Source of the DNA: Bacteroidales bacterium
GTDB lineage: Bacteria; Bacteroidota; Bacteroidia; Bacteroidales; UBA4181
Length of the DNA stretch: 64,000 nucleotides
Direction of reading: 5' to 3'
Assembly (NCBI GenBank): GCA_031275285.1
Contig: JAISOY010000001.1
Location: 71,435-135,434, forward strand
Shown here: in pieces, positions 47,817 through 60,000 of the stretch
Layout of the letters: every line of letters starts with the position of its first letter
How positions within the stretch are numbered: position 1 is the first letter of the stretch
The notes under the pieces: generated by a model
Database searches by the model: none
What the model was told of the DNA's origin: nothing
The model's input: the letters and a program-made list of their open reading frames with translations, nothing else
Translations under genes and position numbers: made by a program

Positions 47817-50603
47817 ATGGCTGACAAAAAATTATTCCTGTTGGATGCTTATGCTTTAATCTACCGATCATACTATGCGCTGATCCGGAATCCTATGTTT
47901 AATACATCCGGATTTAACACATCCACTATTTTTGGTTTTACCAATACATTAGAAGAAGTATTAAATAAGGAGAAGCCAACGCACATTGCTGTCGCGTTCG
48001 ATCCTCCTACCCCGACATTCCGGCATGAATTATATCCGAAATACAAAGCACAACGGGAAGAGACTCCTGAAGAAATAGTAAAATCCGTTCCTCGTATCCG
48101 GGAATTAATTGAAGCATACCGTATACCCATCATTGAATGTCCGGGATATGAAGCAGACGATGTGATAGGGACAATTGCCAAACATGCAGCATCCATAGGT
48201 TTTGACGTTTATATGATGACCCCGGACAAGGACTATGCCCAATTAGTAGATGAACATATATATATGTATAAGCCGGCACGATCAGGAAAAGGGGCTGAAA
48301 TACTCGACACGGCAAAAGTACGTGAGGTCTACAAAGTAAAAGAGCCGATACAATTCATTGAGGTATTGGCTATTATGGGTGACAAATCGGATAACATCCC
48401 TGGAGTGAAAGGAATAGGTGAAGTAGGGGCAACCAAGTTAATAGATGAATTCGGAACTGTGGAAAACCTGCTGGAAAACATCGACCATATAAAAGGAGCC
48501 AACAAGGATAAAATTATCGAGCATAAAGACGATTTACTCTTATCCAAGACCCTTGTAACAATAAGCACAGATGTTCCCATTACTTTCTCGGAAGAAAATT
48601 ATGCCATCAAAACACCGGATATTTCCCGGCTAAAGGAATTATTCAAAGAATTCAACTTCCGGACTTTTCTGAGCAGGTTAGAAGATAAGATTAGTCCGAA
48701 AACATCCTCCCAACCACAACAATTAAGTCTTTTCGATTCGGCCACTCCCACCGCCGGTACAGCTGATACCCCTCCCGAGGAACGTATCTATCAGAATATC
48801 GACACTGTAGAACATGAATACCATATTGCCGACAACCAGGAAAAAAGGCAGTTATTGATACGTATTTTACATACACGGCAAGAATTCTGTTTCGACACGG
48901 AGACAACGGGGTTAGAAACCTTTAACAATAAACTGGTGGGAATATCATTTTCCGTAAAACCGCATAGCGCATGGTATGTACCTGTACCTCAGGATGAATC
49001 ATCAGAAATTATTGCTGAGTTCAGGGAATTATTCGAAAATCCTGAAATACGCAAAATCGGGCAAAACCTGAAATTCGACATGTTGGTTCTGAAGCAATAT
49101 GGAGTAGATACAAAAGGAGCATTGTTCGATACCATGTTAGCCCATTACCTCATCCAGCCGGAACAACGGCATAATTTGAATTATCTTTCGGAAAAGTACC
49201 TGGATTATTCCCCTGTGGAAATAGAAACACTGATTGGTAAAAGTGGGAAAAACCAGATGAACATGATCGATGTGCCTCTGGAAAAAATTGCATCGTATGC
49301 AGCTGAAGATGCAGATATCGCATTGCAGCTAAAAGAAAAACTCGAAATACAACTTCGACAATCAGGCATGGAGGAACTGGCGCAAACAGTCGAAATGCCA
49401 TTGGCCCGCGTACTTGCTTGCATGGAAGCAACCGGAGTAAAAATCGACGTATCGGCAATGGACGAACTGGCACAGATACTGAATGCAGATGCTGAAAAAC
49501 TGGAAGAAGAAATATATCAACTGGCCGATACCCGTTTCAATATTGCATCTCCGAAACAGTTGGGCGATGTGTTATTTGTCAAACTAAACATTAACGACGG
49601 TGACCGGACCAAAAAAACCAAAACGAAACAATTTTCCACAAGTGAAGAAGTTTTGTCCAGTTTAACCGGCAAACATCCGATCGTTTCAAAGATATTGGAA
49701 TACAGAGGGCTAAAAAAATTATTGTCCACCTATGTCGAAGCACTGCCCAAACTTATTAACCCGCATACCGGAAAAATACACACATCGTTTAACCAGGCTG
49801 TAACCTCTACCGGAAGGCTCAGTTCCACGGATCCTAATCTTCAGAATATCCCTATCCGGGAAGAAAGGGGACGAGAGATCAGAAAAGCTTTTATACCCAG
49901 TGATGAAGATCATTTATTACTTTCGGCGGATTATTCCCAGATTGAACTGAGATTAATGGCCCACATGAGTAATGACCCTAATATGCTCGATGCTTTCCGG
50001 AACAACGAAGATATCCATGCAGCTACCGCTGCAAAAATATACGGGATCCCGGTTGCTGAAGTAAACTCCGACATGCGGCGCAAAGCCAAAACGGCTAATT
50101 TTGGCATCATCTACGGCATCTCGGTTTTCGGACTTTCCCAAAGGCTCAATATACCAAGAACAGAAGCACAGGATTTAATTTCCGGGTATTTTGATGCATA
50201 TAAAGAAGTGCGGAACTATATGAATAATGCGATCAACAAGGCCAAGGAGCAAGGCTATGTAGAAACGTTGATGGGGCGACGCCGTTATATTCCCGACATC
50301 CGGTCTGCAAATGCCGTAGTAAGGTGAATGGCCGAACGCAATGCAATTAATGCCCCGCTACAAGGCTCTGCAGCAGATATCATTAAATTAGCAATGATCC
50401 GTATATATGATGCCTTTGAGCAATCCCAACTGAAATCAAAAATGATTTTGCAGGTACATGATGAATTGGTTTTTGATGTGCTGAAGTCAGAACTTCAGCA
50501 AGTGAAAGAAATTGTCCGTAAAGAAATGGAGAACGCTTATCCTTTATCCATTCCGCTTACAGTGGAAATGGGTGAAGGTTATAATTGGCTGGAAGCTCAT
50601 TAA
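47817..50603 (+). pseudogene. polA: DNA polymerase I interrupted by one in-frame TGA (50325-50327), giving an 836-codon part and a 91-codon part
   Basis: 5'-nuclease N-terminus, 3'-5' exo region and motif A LLSADYSQIELRLMAH. The frame stops at ...RSANAVVR*, then immediately continues in the same frame with MAERNAINAPLQGSAADIIK...QVHDELVFDV (motif C). Confidence 0.8.
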
Positions 50604-50627
50604 TCTGTTTTAAAACTGATATATAAA

Positions 50628-51920
50628 ATGTTATTTCCTAAAAATCTCATCCCGGTTGCCTTTCTTATCGTTTTCCATTTCTCGATACTCTCCGGACAAA
50701 CGGAATATAAAGACTTTTTTGAGCCGAAAACGCTCCGGTTCGATTTTTACCTGGCTGGAAATGCGGAACAACAACATATATATATCAATTGTTTCAGGGA
50801 GGAACCGCTGTGGGGAGGACCGTTTACTCATCTTACCGATCATCCCGGATATGGAGAATATTGTTACCGGATATATGATGAAGCTTCCGGAAAGTTGATC
50901 TTCCAGAGGGGATTTAATTCCCTTTTCCAGGAATGGCGAACCACAGATGAAGCCAAAACGATAAACCGCTCTTATAATCAGGTAATTTTGTTTCCTTACC
51001 CTAAGAATAAAATACGTCTGGAAATACTGGAAAGAAATTTTCAAACGGGTTTATTCATTCCTTTATTCGAAACAGGGGTTGATCCTAACAGTATGTACAT
51101 CAACCGGGAAAAGCGGCCTTCATATCCCATAACCCCTATTCTCAACAATGGAGAAAGCGCCCGAAAAGTCGATCTGGTATTTGTTGCAGAAGGATATACG
51201 AAAGAAGAAATGGATAAATTCAGGAAAGATGTGATCCGTTTTTCTGATTATCTCTTTCAAACACCACCCTATTCCACACGCAAAAAGGACTTTAATATAT
51301 GGGCAGTGGAATGCCCGTCTGAAGAATCCGGTGTGGATATTCCCGGACAAAACATCTGGAAAAATACGACACTGAATGCTCACTTCTATACATTTGGTAT
51401 TGACCGTTATTTGACTGCTCCCGATCTATCTGCCATACGGGACCGTATCTGGAATGTTTCCTGCGATGCGGTTTATGTAATGGTTAATTCCAATGTATAC
51501 GGAGGAGGTGGCATTTATAATTATTATGGACTCAGCACTTCAGACCATGCGTTAAGCGAACCTGTGTTCGTCCATGAATTCGGCCATAGTTTTGCCGGAT
51601 TGGCCGACGAATATTTTTCGGCAGAGGTGGCCTACAATGATTTTTATAACCTGAAAAACGAGCCTTGGGAACCGAACATCACTACATTGGTCGATTTCAG
51701 TTCAAAATGGAAAGATATGTTGCCTCCGGGAATTCAGATCCCGACTCCTGACATAAAAGAAAATAAAGATAAGCCCGGTGTATATGAAGGAGGCGGATAC
51801 CTGTCAAAAGGTATATACCGTCCGATGATCAATTGCCGGATGCGTACCAACCATGCCGATTTTTGTCCTGTATGCCAGAAAGCGATCAACCGGATGATTG
51901 ACCTGACCATTGATCAGTAA
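50628..51920 (+). CDS. M64-family (IgA-peptidase-like) zinc metallopeptidase
   Basis: 430 aa with a signal peptide. VHEFGHSFAGLADEY is the zinc motif with the M64-type context. Confidence 0.8.
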   Translation: MLFPKNLIPVAFLIVFHFSILSGQTEYKDFFEPKTLRFDFYLAGNAEQQHIYINCFREEPLWGGPFTHLTDHPGYGEYCYRIYDEASGKLIFQRGFNSLFQEWRTTDEAKTINRSYNQVILFPYPKNKIRLEILERNFQTGLFIPLFETGVDPNSMYINREKRPSYPITPILNNGESARKVDLVFVAEGYTKEEMDKFRKDVIRFSDYLFQTPPYSTRKKDFNIWAVECPSEESGVDIPGQNIWKNTTLNAHFYTFGIDRYLTAPDLSAIRDRIWNVSCDAVYVMVNSNVYGGGGIYNYYGLSTSDHALSEPVFVHEFGHSFAGLADEYFSAEVAYNDFYNLKNEPWEPNITTLVDFSSKWKDMLPPGIQIPTPDIKENKDKPGVYEGGGYLSKGIYRPMINCRMRTNHADFCPVCQKAINRMIDLTIDQ

Positions 51921-51977
51921 GTATAAAATATCAGGGAAATGTTTACTTTTACGCCTTTATTTCAATAGTATAATTTA

Positions 51978-53804
51978 ATGAAAGATTTTCTTCGCCTGTT
52001 AAGTTTTGCCAAACCTTATGGCAGGTATTGGCCTAAGTATGCTTTGTTTACCATTATTGGATCCTTAATGGGAACTATCAATTATGTATTGATAGCACCA
52101 GCTCTAAAAGTAATTTTTAATGGACACTCGGACTTGGATTTGGTAAAACCGGAAATGACAGAAGATTTGATAACTTATTGTAAAGATATGTACAATTACT
52201 ATCTTACTGTTTATACTGTTGAACATGGAAGTATGGGGTCTTTGGTTTTTGTTATTTCCATACTACTTTTTGCTTCATTGATTGCCAATACATTCCGTTA
52301 TCTTTCCCAAAGAACTTTAACATCACTTCGTGTAAATGTAATCCGAAATATACGTAAAGCTATATTTGATAAAATATGTCATTTCAATGTCGGTTACTTT
52401 CATGACAAACAAAAAGGAGATATTTTATCAAGTATTTCTAATGATGTAGCAGAGGTACAGGGATCTGTCGTAAATTCTTTCCAGGTAGTTTTCCGTGAAC
52501 CCTTATCTATAATTGTCGCTATGGGGGTTTTATTCTATCTCTCTCCTCAACTCACTTTGTTCACTTTAATAGCACTGCCTGTAGCCTCTTTTTTTGTTGG
52601 CCGGCTGGTAAAGAAACTTAAAACCCATGCAAAAGAAGGGCAGGAATTAGTAGGGCGGATTCTCAGTATTTTTGAAGAAACCATATCCGGAATTAAAATT
52701 ATTAAGGCTTTTAATGCAGAAAAATATATCACTAACAAGTTTGATGAAACCAATAATAAACATCGGAGAGTTAATAAGCGGGTTATGAATAGGATTGAAC
52801 TGGCAAACCCCTTGTCCGAGTTTTTAGGAGTAGCTATTGTTTGTTGTATCATTTTTTATGCCGGTTACATGATGATCAACGGTAAAATGAACATGGGTTT
52901 GGAGGATTTTGTGTCTTATCTGGCCATTTATTACAGTCTTCTTGCTCCTGCTAAAAATTTAGCAAATTCTTATGGTAATATACAAAGGGGGATGGCTTCC
53001 GGCCAACGTATTTTTGCTATTCTGGACCAAAAAAATAAAATAACAGAATCGGAACATCCTTTAGCGATCAGTGCTTTTCGGGAAAATATTGCTTTTCGGG
53101 ATGTTACTTTCCAATACGCTTCCGAACCTGTACTACATAGTATTAATCTCACCATCCCTAAAGGAAAGATGTATGCATTAGTGGGACATTCGGGTGCGGG
53201 AAAATCAACGATTGCCGACCTTATACCCCGATTCTATGATGTCACATTAGGAGAACTATGTATCGACAATGTGAACATTAAAGATTATAAACTTGATGAC
53301 CTGGTTGGTTTGATGGGAATTGTCACGCAGGAACCGATCCTTTTTAATGATACCGTGTTTGCCAATATTGCTTTCGGGATGGGAAATGTAAGCGAAGAAC
53401 AGGTAATAACAGCAGCAAAAATAGCCAATGCCGATGAATTCATCGTCTTACTTGAGAACGGATATTATACCAATATCGGAGATAGAGGCATGCGGTTATC
53501 CGGAGGACAGCGCCAACGTCTGGCTATTGCCCGCGCAGTTTTGAAAAATCCTCCTATTCTCATTCTTGACGAAGCGACTTCCGCACTGGATACTGAATCT
53601 GAACGCTTGGTACAGGATGCATTGACAAAATTAATGGCCAACCGGACTTCCGTTGTCATTGCACATAGGTTATCTACGATCAAGCATGCAGACTGTATCT
53701 GTGTACTCGATAACGGGCGCATTGTCGAGCAAGGTACACATGATGAATTGATCCGTATTGAAAAAGGAATATACAAACACCTGCATTCGTTACAGGTGAA
53801 ATAA
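51978..53804 (+). CDS. ABC transporter permease/ATPase fusion (MsbA-like exporter)
   Basis: 608 aa. Six N-terminal TM segments, Walker A GHSGAGKST, signature LSGGQRQRLAIARA and Walker B ILILDEATSALD. Confidence 0.9.
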   Translation: MKDFLRLLSFAKPYGRYWPKYALFTIIGSLMGTINYVLIAPALKVIFNGHSDLDLVKPEMTEDLITYCKDMYNYYLTVYTVEHGSMGSLVFVISILLFASLIANTFRYLSQRTLTSLRVNVIRNIRKAIFDKICHFNVGYFHDKQKGDILSSISNDVAEVQGSVVNSFQVVFREPLSIIVAMGVLFYLSPQLTLFTLIALPVASFFVGRLVKKLKTHAKEGQELVGRILSIFEETISGIKIIKAFNAEKYITNKFDETNNKHRRVNKRVMNRIELANPLSEFLGVAIVCCIIFYAGYMMINGKMNMGLEDFVSYLAIYYSLLAPAKNLANSYGNIQRGMASGQRIFAILDQKNKITESEHPLAISAFRENIAFRDVTFQYASEPVLHSINLTIPKGKMYALVGHSGAGKSTIADLIPRFYDVTLGELCIDNVNIKDYKLDDLVGLMGIVTQEPILFNDTVFANIAFGMGNVSEEQVITAAKIANADEFIVLLENGYYTNIGDRGMRLSGGQRQRLAIARAVLKNPPILILDEATSALDTESERLVQDALTKLMANRTSVVIAHRLSTIKHADCICVLDNGRIVEQGTHDELIRIEKGIYKHLHSLQVK

Positions 53805-53908
53805 ATGCAGCATTTTTATCTGCGGGAGAAGTGCAATATCTATTTTTATTCGCAAATCTGCAATCTACGAACAGCTCATCTGAATAAAATATCTAAAATA
53901 GTATCGAT

Positions 53909-55975
53909 TTAGTCTTTGGGATATTCGATCCGGACATGATAGATATTCATCAGCCGGTTTTTGATGATCTGCTTGGCTGTGTTGATCTCCCTGTAAGTAA
54001 TATTGGCGTCATTATATTGATCCTCCAGAACCTGATAGTTAACGATATTGTCAACCAGGTCGCTGATGCTTGCCTGGTTGATTTCCTTTAAGCTCCGGGA
54101 AGCTGCTTCAATAGAATCACACATCATCAATATGACCATTTCTTTTGAAAAAGGGATAGGTCCCGGATAAGTAAATTTAGACCGGTCTATTTTCTGGTCG
54201 GGATGTTGCTTTTGGTATTGATGATAAAAGAAACGGACTGTAGTGGTACCATGATGGGTGCGGATAAAATTAATGATATGCTGCGGGATCCTGTTCTTCT
54301 TGGCAATCTCCACTCCATTGGATACATGTTCAATAATGATTTGTGCACTATTTTCCGGACTGATGTCCTCATGGGGATTTCTTCCTCCGGATTGGTTTTC
54401 AATGAAATATGCCGGACGGGATATCTTCCCTATATCGTGATATAAGGCCCCGGTACGCATCAACAAAGGATTTCCTCCTATCTTCTGTATGACTTCTTCT
54501 GAAATATTCGCCACCTGTAATGAATGCTGGAACGTGCCGGGAGCAACTTCTGATAATTTACGCAATAAAGGCTGGTTAGTATCCGATAGTTCCATCAACG
54601 TAATATCAGATATAAACCCGAATATCTTCTCGAAAATAAATATACTCGGGTAGGCGACAAATAACAATGCCCCACTTATTCCGAAACGGACATAATTCAT
54701 CCATTCGATTTGTGAAAATTTAATGCCTTGCATCATGATCAATGCTGTATACGTAACAGAATAGGTGGCGATAATCCAAAGAACAGCCCTAAAGAGTGTT
54801 CCCCGACGATAAATGGCTTGCACATTGACTATTCCGACAATTCCTGCAATAAAATTCAGGAAAATAAATTCAAACCCGTTAGGTGCCAAAAAGCCGATCA
54901 ATAATGTGGATACCATGAAAATAAACGTTGCCGTACGGGCATCGAAAAAAGTACATATAATAATAGGTATCAATATAAAAGGAAGATTATACAAGCTGAA
55001 ATATCCATTACGCACCACCAAACAGGATATCCCGACAAACATAACCATCATCAGCAGGAGAAAACCTGTCCGCAATGTACTCCGGAATATATCCTTACGG
55101 AAAAACATCAGGTAAATGTATACCAGCATAAAACAAAGCGTAATGACGGATATCTGCCCTACAAGTATCTGGCTGAAATTACCGGATGTGCCTACCTTAT
55201 GTTCAAATTCATACTTTAATGAAGTCAACTGAATGAACTTTTCATCATTGACGATCTCTCCATTAGCAATTATTTTACGATTAGTGGGTATCACTCCTTT
55301 TGTAGGAGATATCTTTTTTATACTTTCAGATTTGGCAGTATTGGTAATTTCTGCATTATAAAAAACATTGGGCTGGAGAAATTCATTCAAATCAAGACCT
55401 TTCAGAAAATTCCGTTCCTCTTCATGCTCCATCAGGTCCAATTGACTTATAATTAAACTATAAGCCGTTTTCGGAGTAAATACATCACTTCGATTCATTT
55501 CTTCTCCGACATTGTTTCTGATGATCATCACCTGTTTGGATAAGTTATCCGAAGAAGGCTGATCGCCTTGAAAAATTCCGGTCTTATACACAGAATCCAG
55601 TAAGGATAATCCTTTTTCGTACAGGTATTTTTTCTTGTAAGTATTTAAATGACCATTTTCCCAATGTGTATTAAATACTTTTTGGTAAGCTGATTTCTGT
55701 TGTTCGGCAATCTCAGGACGATAATTATAATATTCAGCAAAGGAACGAAGAATACTATCTGTTTCCGTGGCTATTTCAGATTCCGATTTTAGAATAGGTA
55801 CATCAAACGGCGCATACAGATCTTTGTGCCCCCATATCTTTCCCTTCTGAAATTCATACGGATATTTTCCTTCCCTGGGAAACAATAAACAAATAACAAC
55901 AACACTTATGATATACAACAATATAACATAAGTATGCGTACGTATAAAAAGTAAAAATCTTGACATTCTATTCAA
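53909..55975 (-). CDS. 7TM receptor with intracellular HD/HDIG hydrolase domain (PgpH/YqfF-like)
   Basis: 688 aa. An extracellular N-domain, a 7-TM block, then HSLQVANISE...GALYHDIGK (HDIG) and MMCDSIEAASR. Confidence 0.85.
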   Translation of the reverse strand: MNRMSRFLLFIRTHTYVILLYIISVVVICLLFPREGKYPYEFQKGKIWGHKDLYAPFDVPILKSESEIATETDSILRSFAEYYNYRPEIAEQQKSAYQKVFNTHWENGHLNTYKKKYLYEKGLSLLDSVYKTGIFQGDQPSSDNLSKQVMIIRNNVGEEMNRSDVFTPKTAYSLIISQLDLMEHEEERNFLKGLDLNEFLQPNVFYNAEITNTAKSESIKKISPTKGVIPTNRKIIANGEIVNDEKFIQLTSLKYEFEHKVGTSGNFSQILVGQISVITLCFMLVYIYLMFFRKDIFRSTLRTGFLLLMMVMFVGISCLVVRNGYFSLYNLPFILIPIIICTFFDARTATFIFMVSTLLIGFLAPNGFEFIFLNFIAGIVGIVNVQAIYRRGTLFRAVLWIIATYSVTYTALIMMQGIKFSQIEWMNYVRFGISGALLFVAYPSIFIFEKIFGFISDITLMELSDTNQPLLRKLSEVAPGTFQHSLQVANISEEVIQKIGGNPLLMRTGALYHDIGKISRPAYFIENQSGGRNPHEDISPENSAQIIIEHVSNGVEIAKKNRIPQHIINFIRTHHGTTTVRFFYHQYQKQHPDQKIDRSKFTYPGPIPFSKEMVILMMCDSIEAASRSLKEINQASISDLVDNIVNYQVLEDQYNDANITYREINTAKQIIKNRLMNIYHVRIEYPKD

Positions 55976-55991
55976 TTATATAATCATCCGG

Positions 55992-56552
55992 TTATTTCAC
56001 CAGTTTTGATATTTCTTTAAATGTATCGGTCCCCGCTTCCCGGCACAATTCAAAAAGGATAGATTCAACGCTGCCGGTTACCGCACCTTCATCACGCATG
56101 CGTTTGATCCCGATACGTCTGTTCTCCGGAGTACGGGACGATATACAGTCCTCGATAATTACAGGTGTATAACCTGAATATATCAGGTCAATAGCCGTCT
56201 GCATCACACAAATATGTGACTCCACACCAGCCATGATCACATACTGCTTATTATTCAATGCTAAATTTTCCATAAAAGCAGGATGATCACAGCAACTGAA
56301 ACATACCTTTTCGATAGGATGTACCGGATCCAGTAATTTTCGCAAAGATTCGACTGTTTCACCCAACCCCTTTCGATATTGTTCCATCCACAACAATGGT
56401 ACTCCCAAAATCTTCAAACCACGTACCAGAATCTGTATGTTCCGGATTATTTTCTCATGATCATGTATCACCGGAATCAAACGCTCCTGAACATCAACGA
56501 TCAATCCGATACTTTTTTCTTTATCAATCCTCATAATACATATTTCATACAA
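55992..56552 (-). CDS. Isochorismatase-family cysteine hydrolase
   Basis: 186 aa. IGLIVDVQERL, VIMAGVESHICVMQTA (the catalytic Cys context). Confidence 0.75.
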   Translation of the reverse strand: MYEICIMRIDKEKSIGLIVDVQERLIPVIHDHEKIIRNIQILVRGLKILGVPLLWMEQYRKGLGETVESLRKLLDPVHPIEKVCFSCCDHPAFMENLALNNKQYVIMAGVESHICVMQTAIDLIYSGYTPVIIEDCISSRTPENRRIGIKRMRDEGAVTGSVESILFELCREAGTDTFKEISKLVK

Positions 56553-57000
56553 AATAAGGGAAAAACATTGGATAAAATTTCCAGAAATTCAAAAATATTC
56601 ATCTCTTCCGCTAAAAATTGAATACAAAAATTGTTCCTCAATTTCATATTACATTTTGATATGTATGTGAAATTCAAAAAAATAATTATATTTGCATAAA
56701 GGAAAAGTCACAGAAAAGAACACAAATTACTCATTGATAACACAATGCACAATTAATTGATAATTAAAATAATAGCATATTTTAAAAAACGACAAAAAAA
56801 GTAAAACCTTTTTTATCCAAAAACATCAATAAATTAACCATTTTATAATCATTTACCAAAAATTAAAAATATTGTTCTATTTTTGAAGTTGACACAATCA
56901 TTAAATTTAAATATAAACAGAAACGAATCAACCTGTCCTGATAAGGAAGTAATTTCAATACCATTATTTTATTGTAACATTTTCCATAAATCATTCTGCT

Positions 57001-60000
57001 ATGAAGAAAAAGGATAACAGTAGATCCGATTTTGCAATATTGGGTACCAAAAGACTTCGAACAGAAAACGCTAAATTACGAAGCGAGGTAGACAGATTAT
57101 CCAAAATCAATTCAAGATACAAACAAATCATTTCAAACATTTCGAACAGTGTTATAGCTATTGATATGTCTGGAGATATTGTAGACGTTAGTTCGACCAG
57201 ACGTGATTCTCATACCGGACATGAAAAAATGATCGGAAATTCATTCTGGGATAAATATGAAGAGTTAAATCTTACGGAAGATATGATCCCACATCCGGAA
57301 AACGAGGAGAAAATGACCTTATTATATAATGCAGCCCAACAAAAAAGCCGCAAGCTTCACCAAATCACTCAAAATAACAAGACATCTACACAAAGGTGTA
57401 TTGATTATTTTATGATAAAAGACAACAATGAAGAACTCATTTGTATCGTAACAAAAAATATCACTTCAGAAATACAGCAAAATTGTGCCTGTCTGCAGGA
57501 AAATAATATCCGGAAACCGGATACAGTGCATGAAAAATATACCTCTGCAAATAAAGAATTAGAAAAACAAATAGCAGAAAAAAATAAGGCCATTAGTGAT
57601 TTAAAAGAAAACAGGATGATCTTCACAGCTTTCTTTGAACAATCCCGCGAAGGCATTTTGCTTCTTGATAAAACAGGAAAGATTCAACGATGTAATAAAA
57701 ATGCAGAGACATTTCTTTCCTTGAACAAGAAACAATGCATCGGAAAATATCTTTGGGATATAGCACAAACAACATTGGCTAATCCCAGGCAATATGATGA
57801 TTATAAGGATCATTACAAAATAATGATAGAAGATATTATTAAAAGTAAAAAAAATGATATTTTCCATGAAGAATATAATTTCCGGATCACACATTCCGGG
57901 ACGCCCCGTTATATCCATACAATCCTTTTCCCGGTTGTTGTGGATGAAGAAAAATATATAGGCGCAATATTACAGGACAAGACGGAAATATATTTTTATC
58001 AACAGGAAGTAAAGGATTATAATGAAGAATTGGAAGCACTGGTCCGTAAAAAATCCCAGGCCTTATATGAAAATGAACAAAAACTACGGACGCTTAGTGA
58101 TAATTTCCCTAATGGATTCATATTCCGTTTCGAAAAAAATACAGAAACATCAGAAATAAAATTTACCTACCTCAGTAAAGGATTTACAAAAATAACAGGC
58201 TTGGATCGGGAAAGTGTAATGAAAGATCCCTACATCTTATTTGAGCGGATGCCCCCGGATAGCTTGAACAAATTAGCTGAAATAGATAATATCAAATCAA
58301 TTGATTTTATTTCAACTGCATTCCTTGGCGAAAATAACCGGGAACATAACTGGTATCATGTATCCGGCATTACACATCCCCAAAACAACCACATATTGGT
58401 CAACGACGGATTTGTTATGGATGTTACGGAGCAGATGGCATATCGCGAGGCATTAGAATTCAGCGAACATCGCTTAAAAACCATTGTCAGCAAACTTCAG
58501 GATATGGTTCTTGTCATGGATGCAAACGGTATCATTTCGTATGTTACACCTTCCTGCCGCAGCATAATCGGGTATGAAACGGATGATATCATTAATCAAT
58601 CCATTTTTAAATATATACATCCGGAAGACAATCAAACGGTCAACCAATACATTAACTATGTACAAACATGTAATGAATTACCCGAATGTAGATACCGGTT
58701 TTATAAATCCAATGGCGAAATTGCCGAAGTAAAAGCCGCTATTGTTAACATGCTGTATGATCCTTATGTAAACGGACTGGTGGTTACCCATACCGATATT
58801 ACTAAGCAAGTAGAAACTCAAAGACGTATGGAAAGAAGCCTGTTACGCCATCGCCTGTTAAATAACATATTAATACCCCTACAAAGGACTGAAGTGATTG
58901 ACCCTGTGATACAAAATGCAATCAATCAATTCGGAAAATTTCTGAATATAGCCTGTATATCAGTATATGAGTTCGCTGATGATCTGAAAATCATGAAATG
59001 CCTGTTTGACTGGAGTGAAAATGATATATCTATTGTATCAAAAACATTCATGATTGAAGATGGAATCATATCCGAGGAAGTGACCATAGATCGTTTCTGG
59101 GAAAATGAGATCATCCACATCACTAATTTTAACCGGGTCAGTAAAGATGTAGTACTCCTCTTAAAAAGACGGAAGATCGAATCAACATTATTGATCCCAT
59201 TATTTGTAGATGGGGGTATTTTCGGAATGGTTTCTTTTTCTGTTTGCGGAAAACGGGAATGGAAACATGACGAGGAAAGCCTTTTCCTTAGTTTCTCCCA
59301 AATATTGTCAAGCGCCCTTCAAAAGCAGAAAGCCGCAGCTTCTGAACTGGCTGCTCAACGCTATATTGCCCGGAACCTGGAACGACAGGAATTATTAAAC
59401 AGGATTTTGACTCCTCTTCAGAAAGCAAAAAATATGGGTCAGAATATCCAGAAAGCATTAGGTGAGATCGGTCGTTATACCAATGTGAGCAGAGTATCAG
59501 TGCATGAAATAAGCAATGATATGATGTATTGGACCTACAGCTATGAGTGGTGCAATACAGGTATTGAACCTCAAATCGACAAATTTAAACGCCATTCATA
59601 TGATACATACCGCTTTCTATTCCAATCACTGAAATCCGGACAATCTTTTTGCGTGTACGATGTAGAGAAGGCATCTCCTCCACTCAATGAAACACTAATG
59701 GTACAGGGGATCTGTTCTATCCTTTTCATACCCTTGTATATGGACGGTATCCTGAAAGGATGTATCAGCATCAGTGAATGCAGCTTTAAACGGCAATGGA
59801 CGGATGATGAAATATCTCTTCTTAAAGGATTTGCACAAATATTGTCCAACTCCCTGCAGAAATTAAAAACCGAAATAAGCAAAGAAAATGCCCTTATGTC
59901 AATGATTACGGTTTTAGACAATACACCCCTGCATATCTATGTAACGGATGTCGTCAATAATGAATTATTGTTTGCCAACCAGAGAGTAAGAAAGACCATA

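Noticed and set aside
50325-50327. Genome-wide TGA reassignment (Gly or Trp code) as the explanation for the polA stop
   Set aside because: Other well-supported genes in the window terminate at TGA at the expected length (for example lspA at 36009-36011 and the 396-aa TIR gene at 4837-4839).
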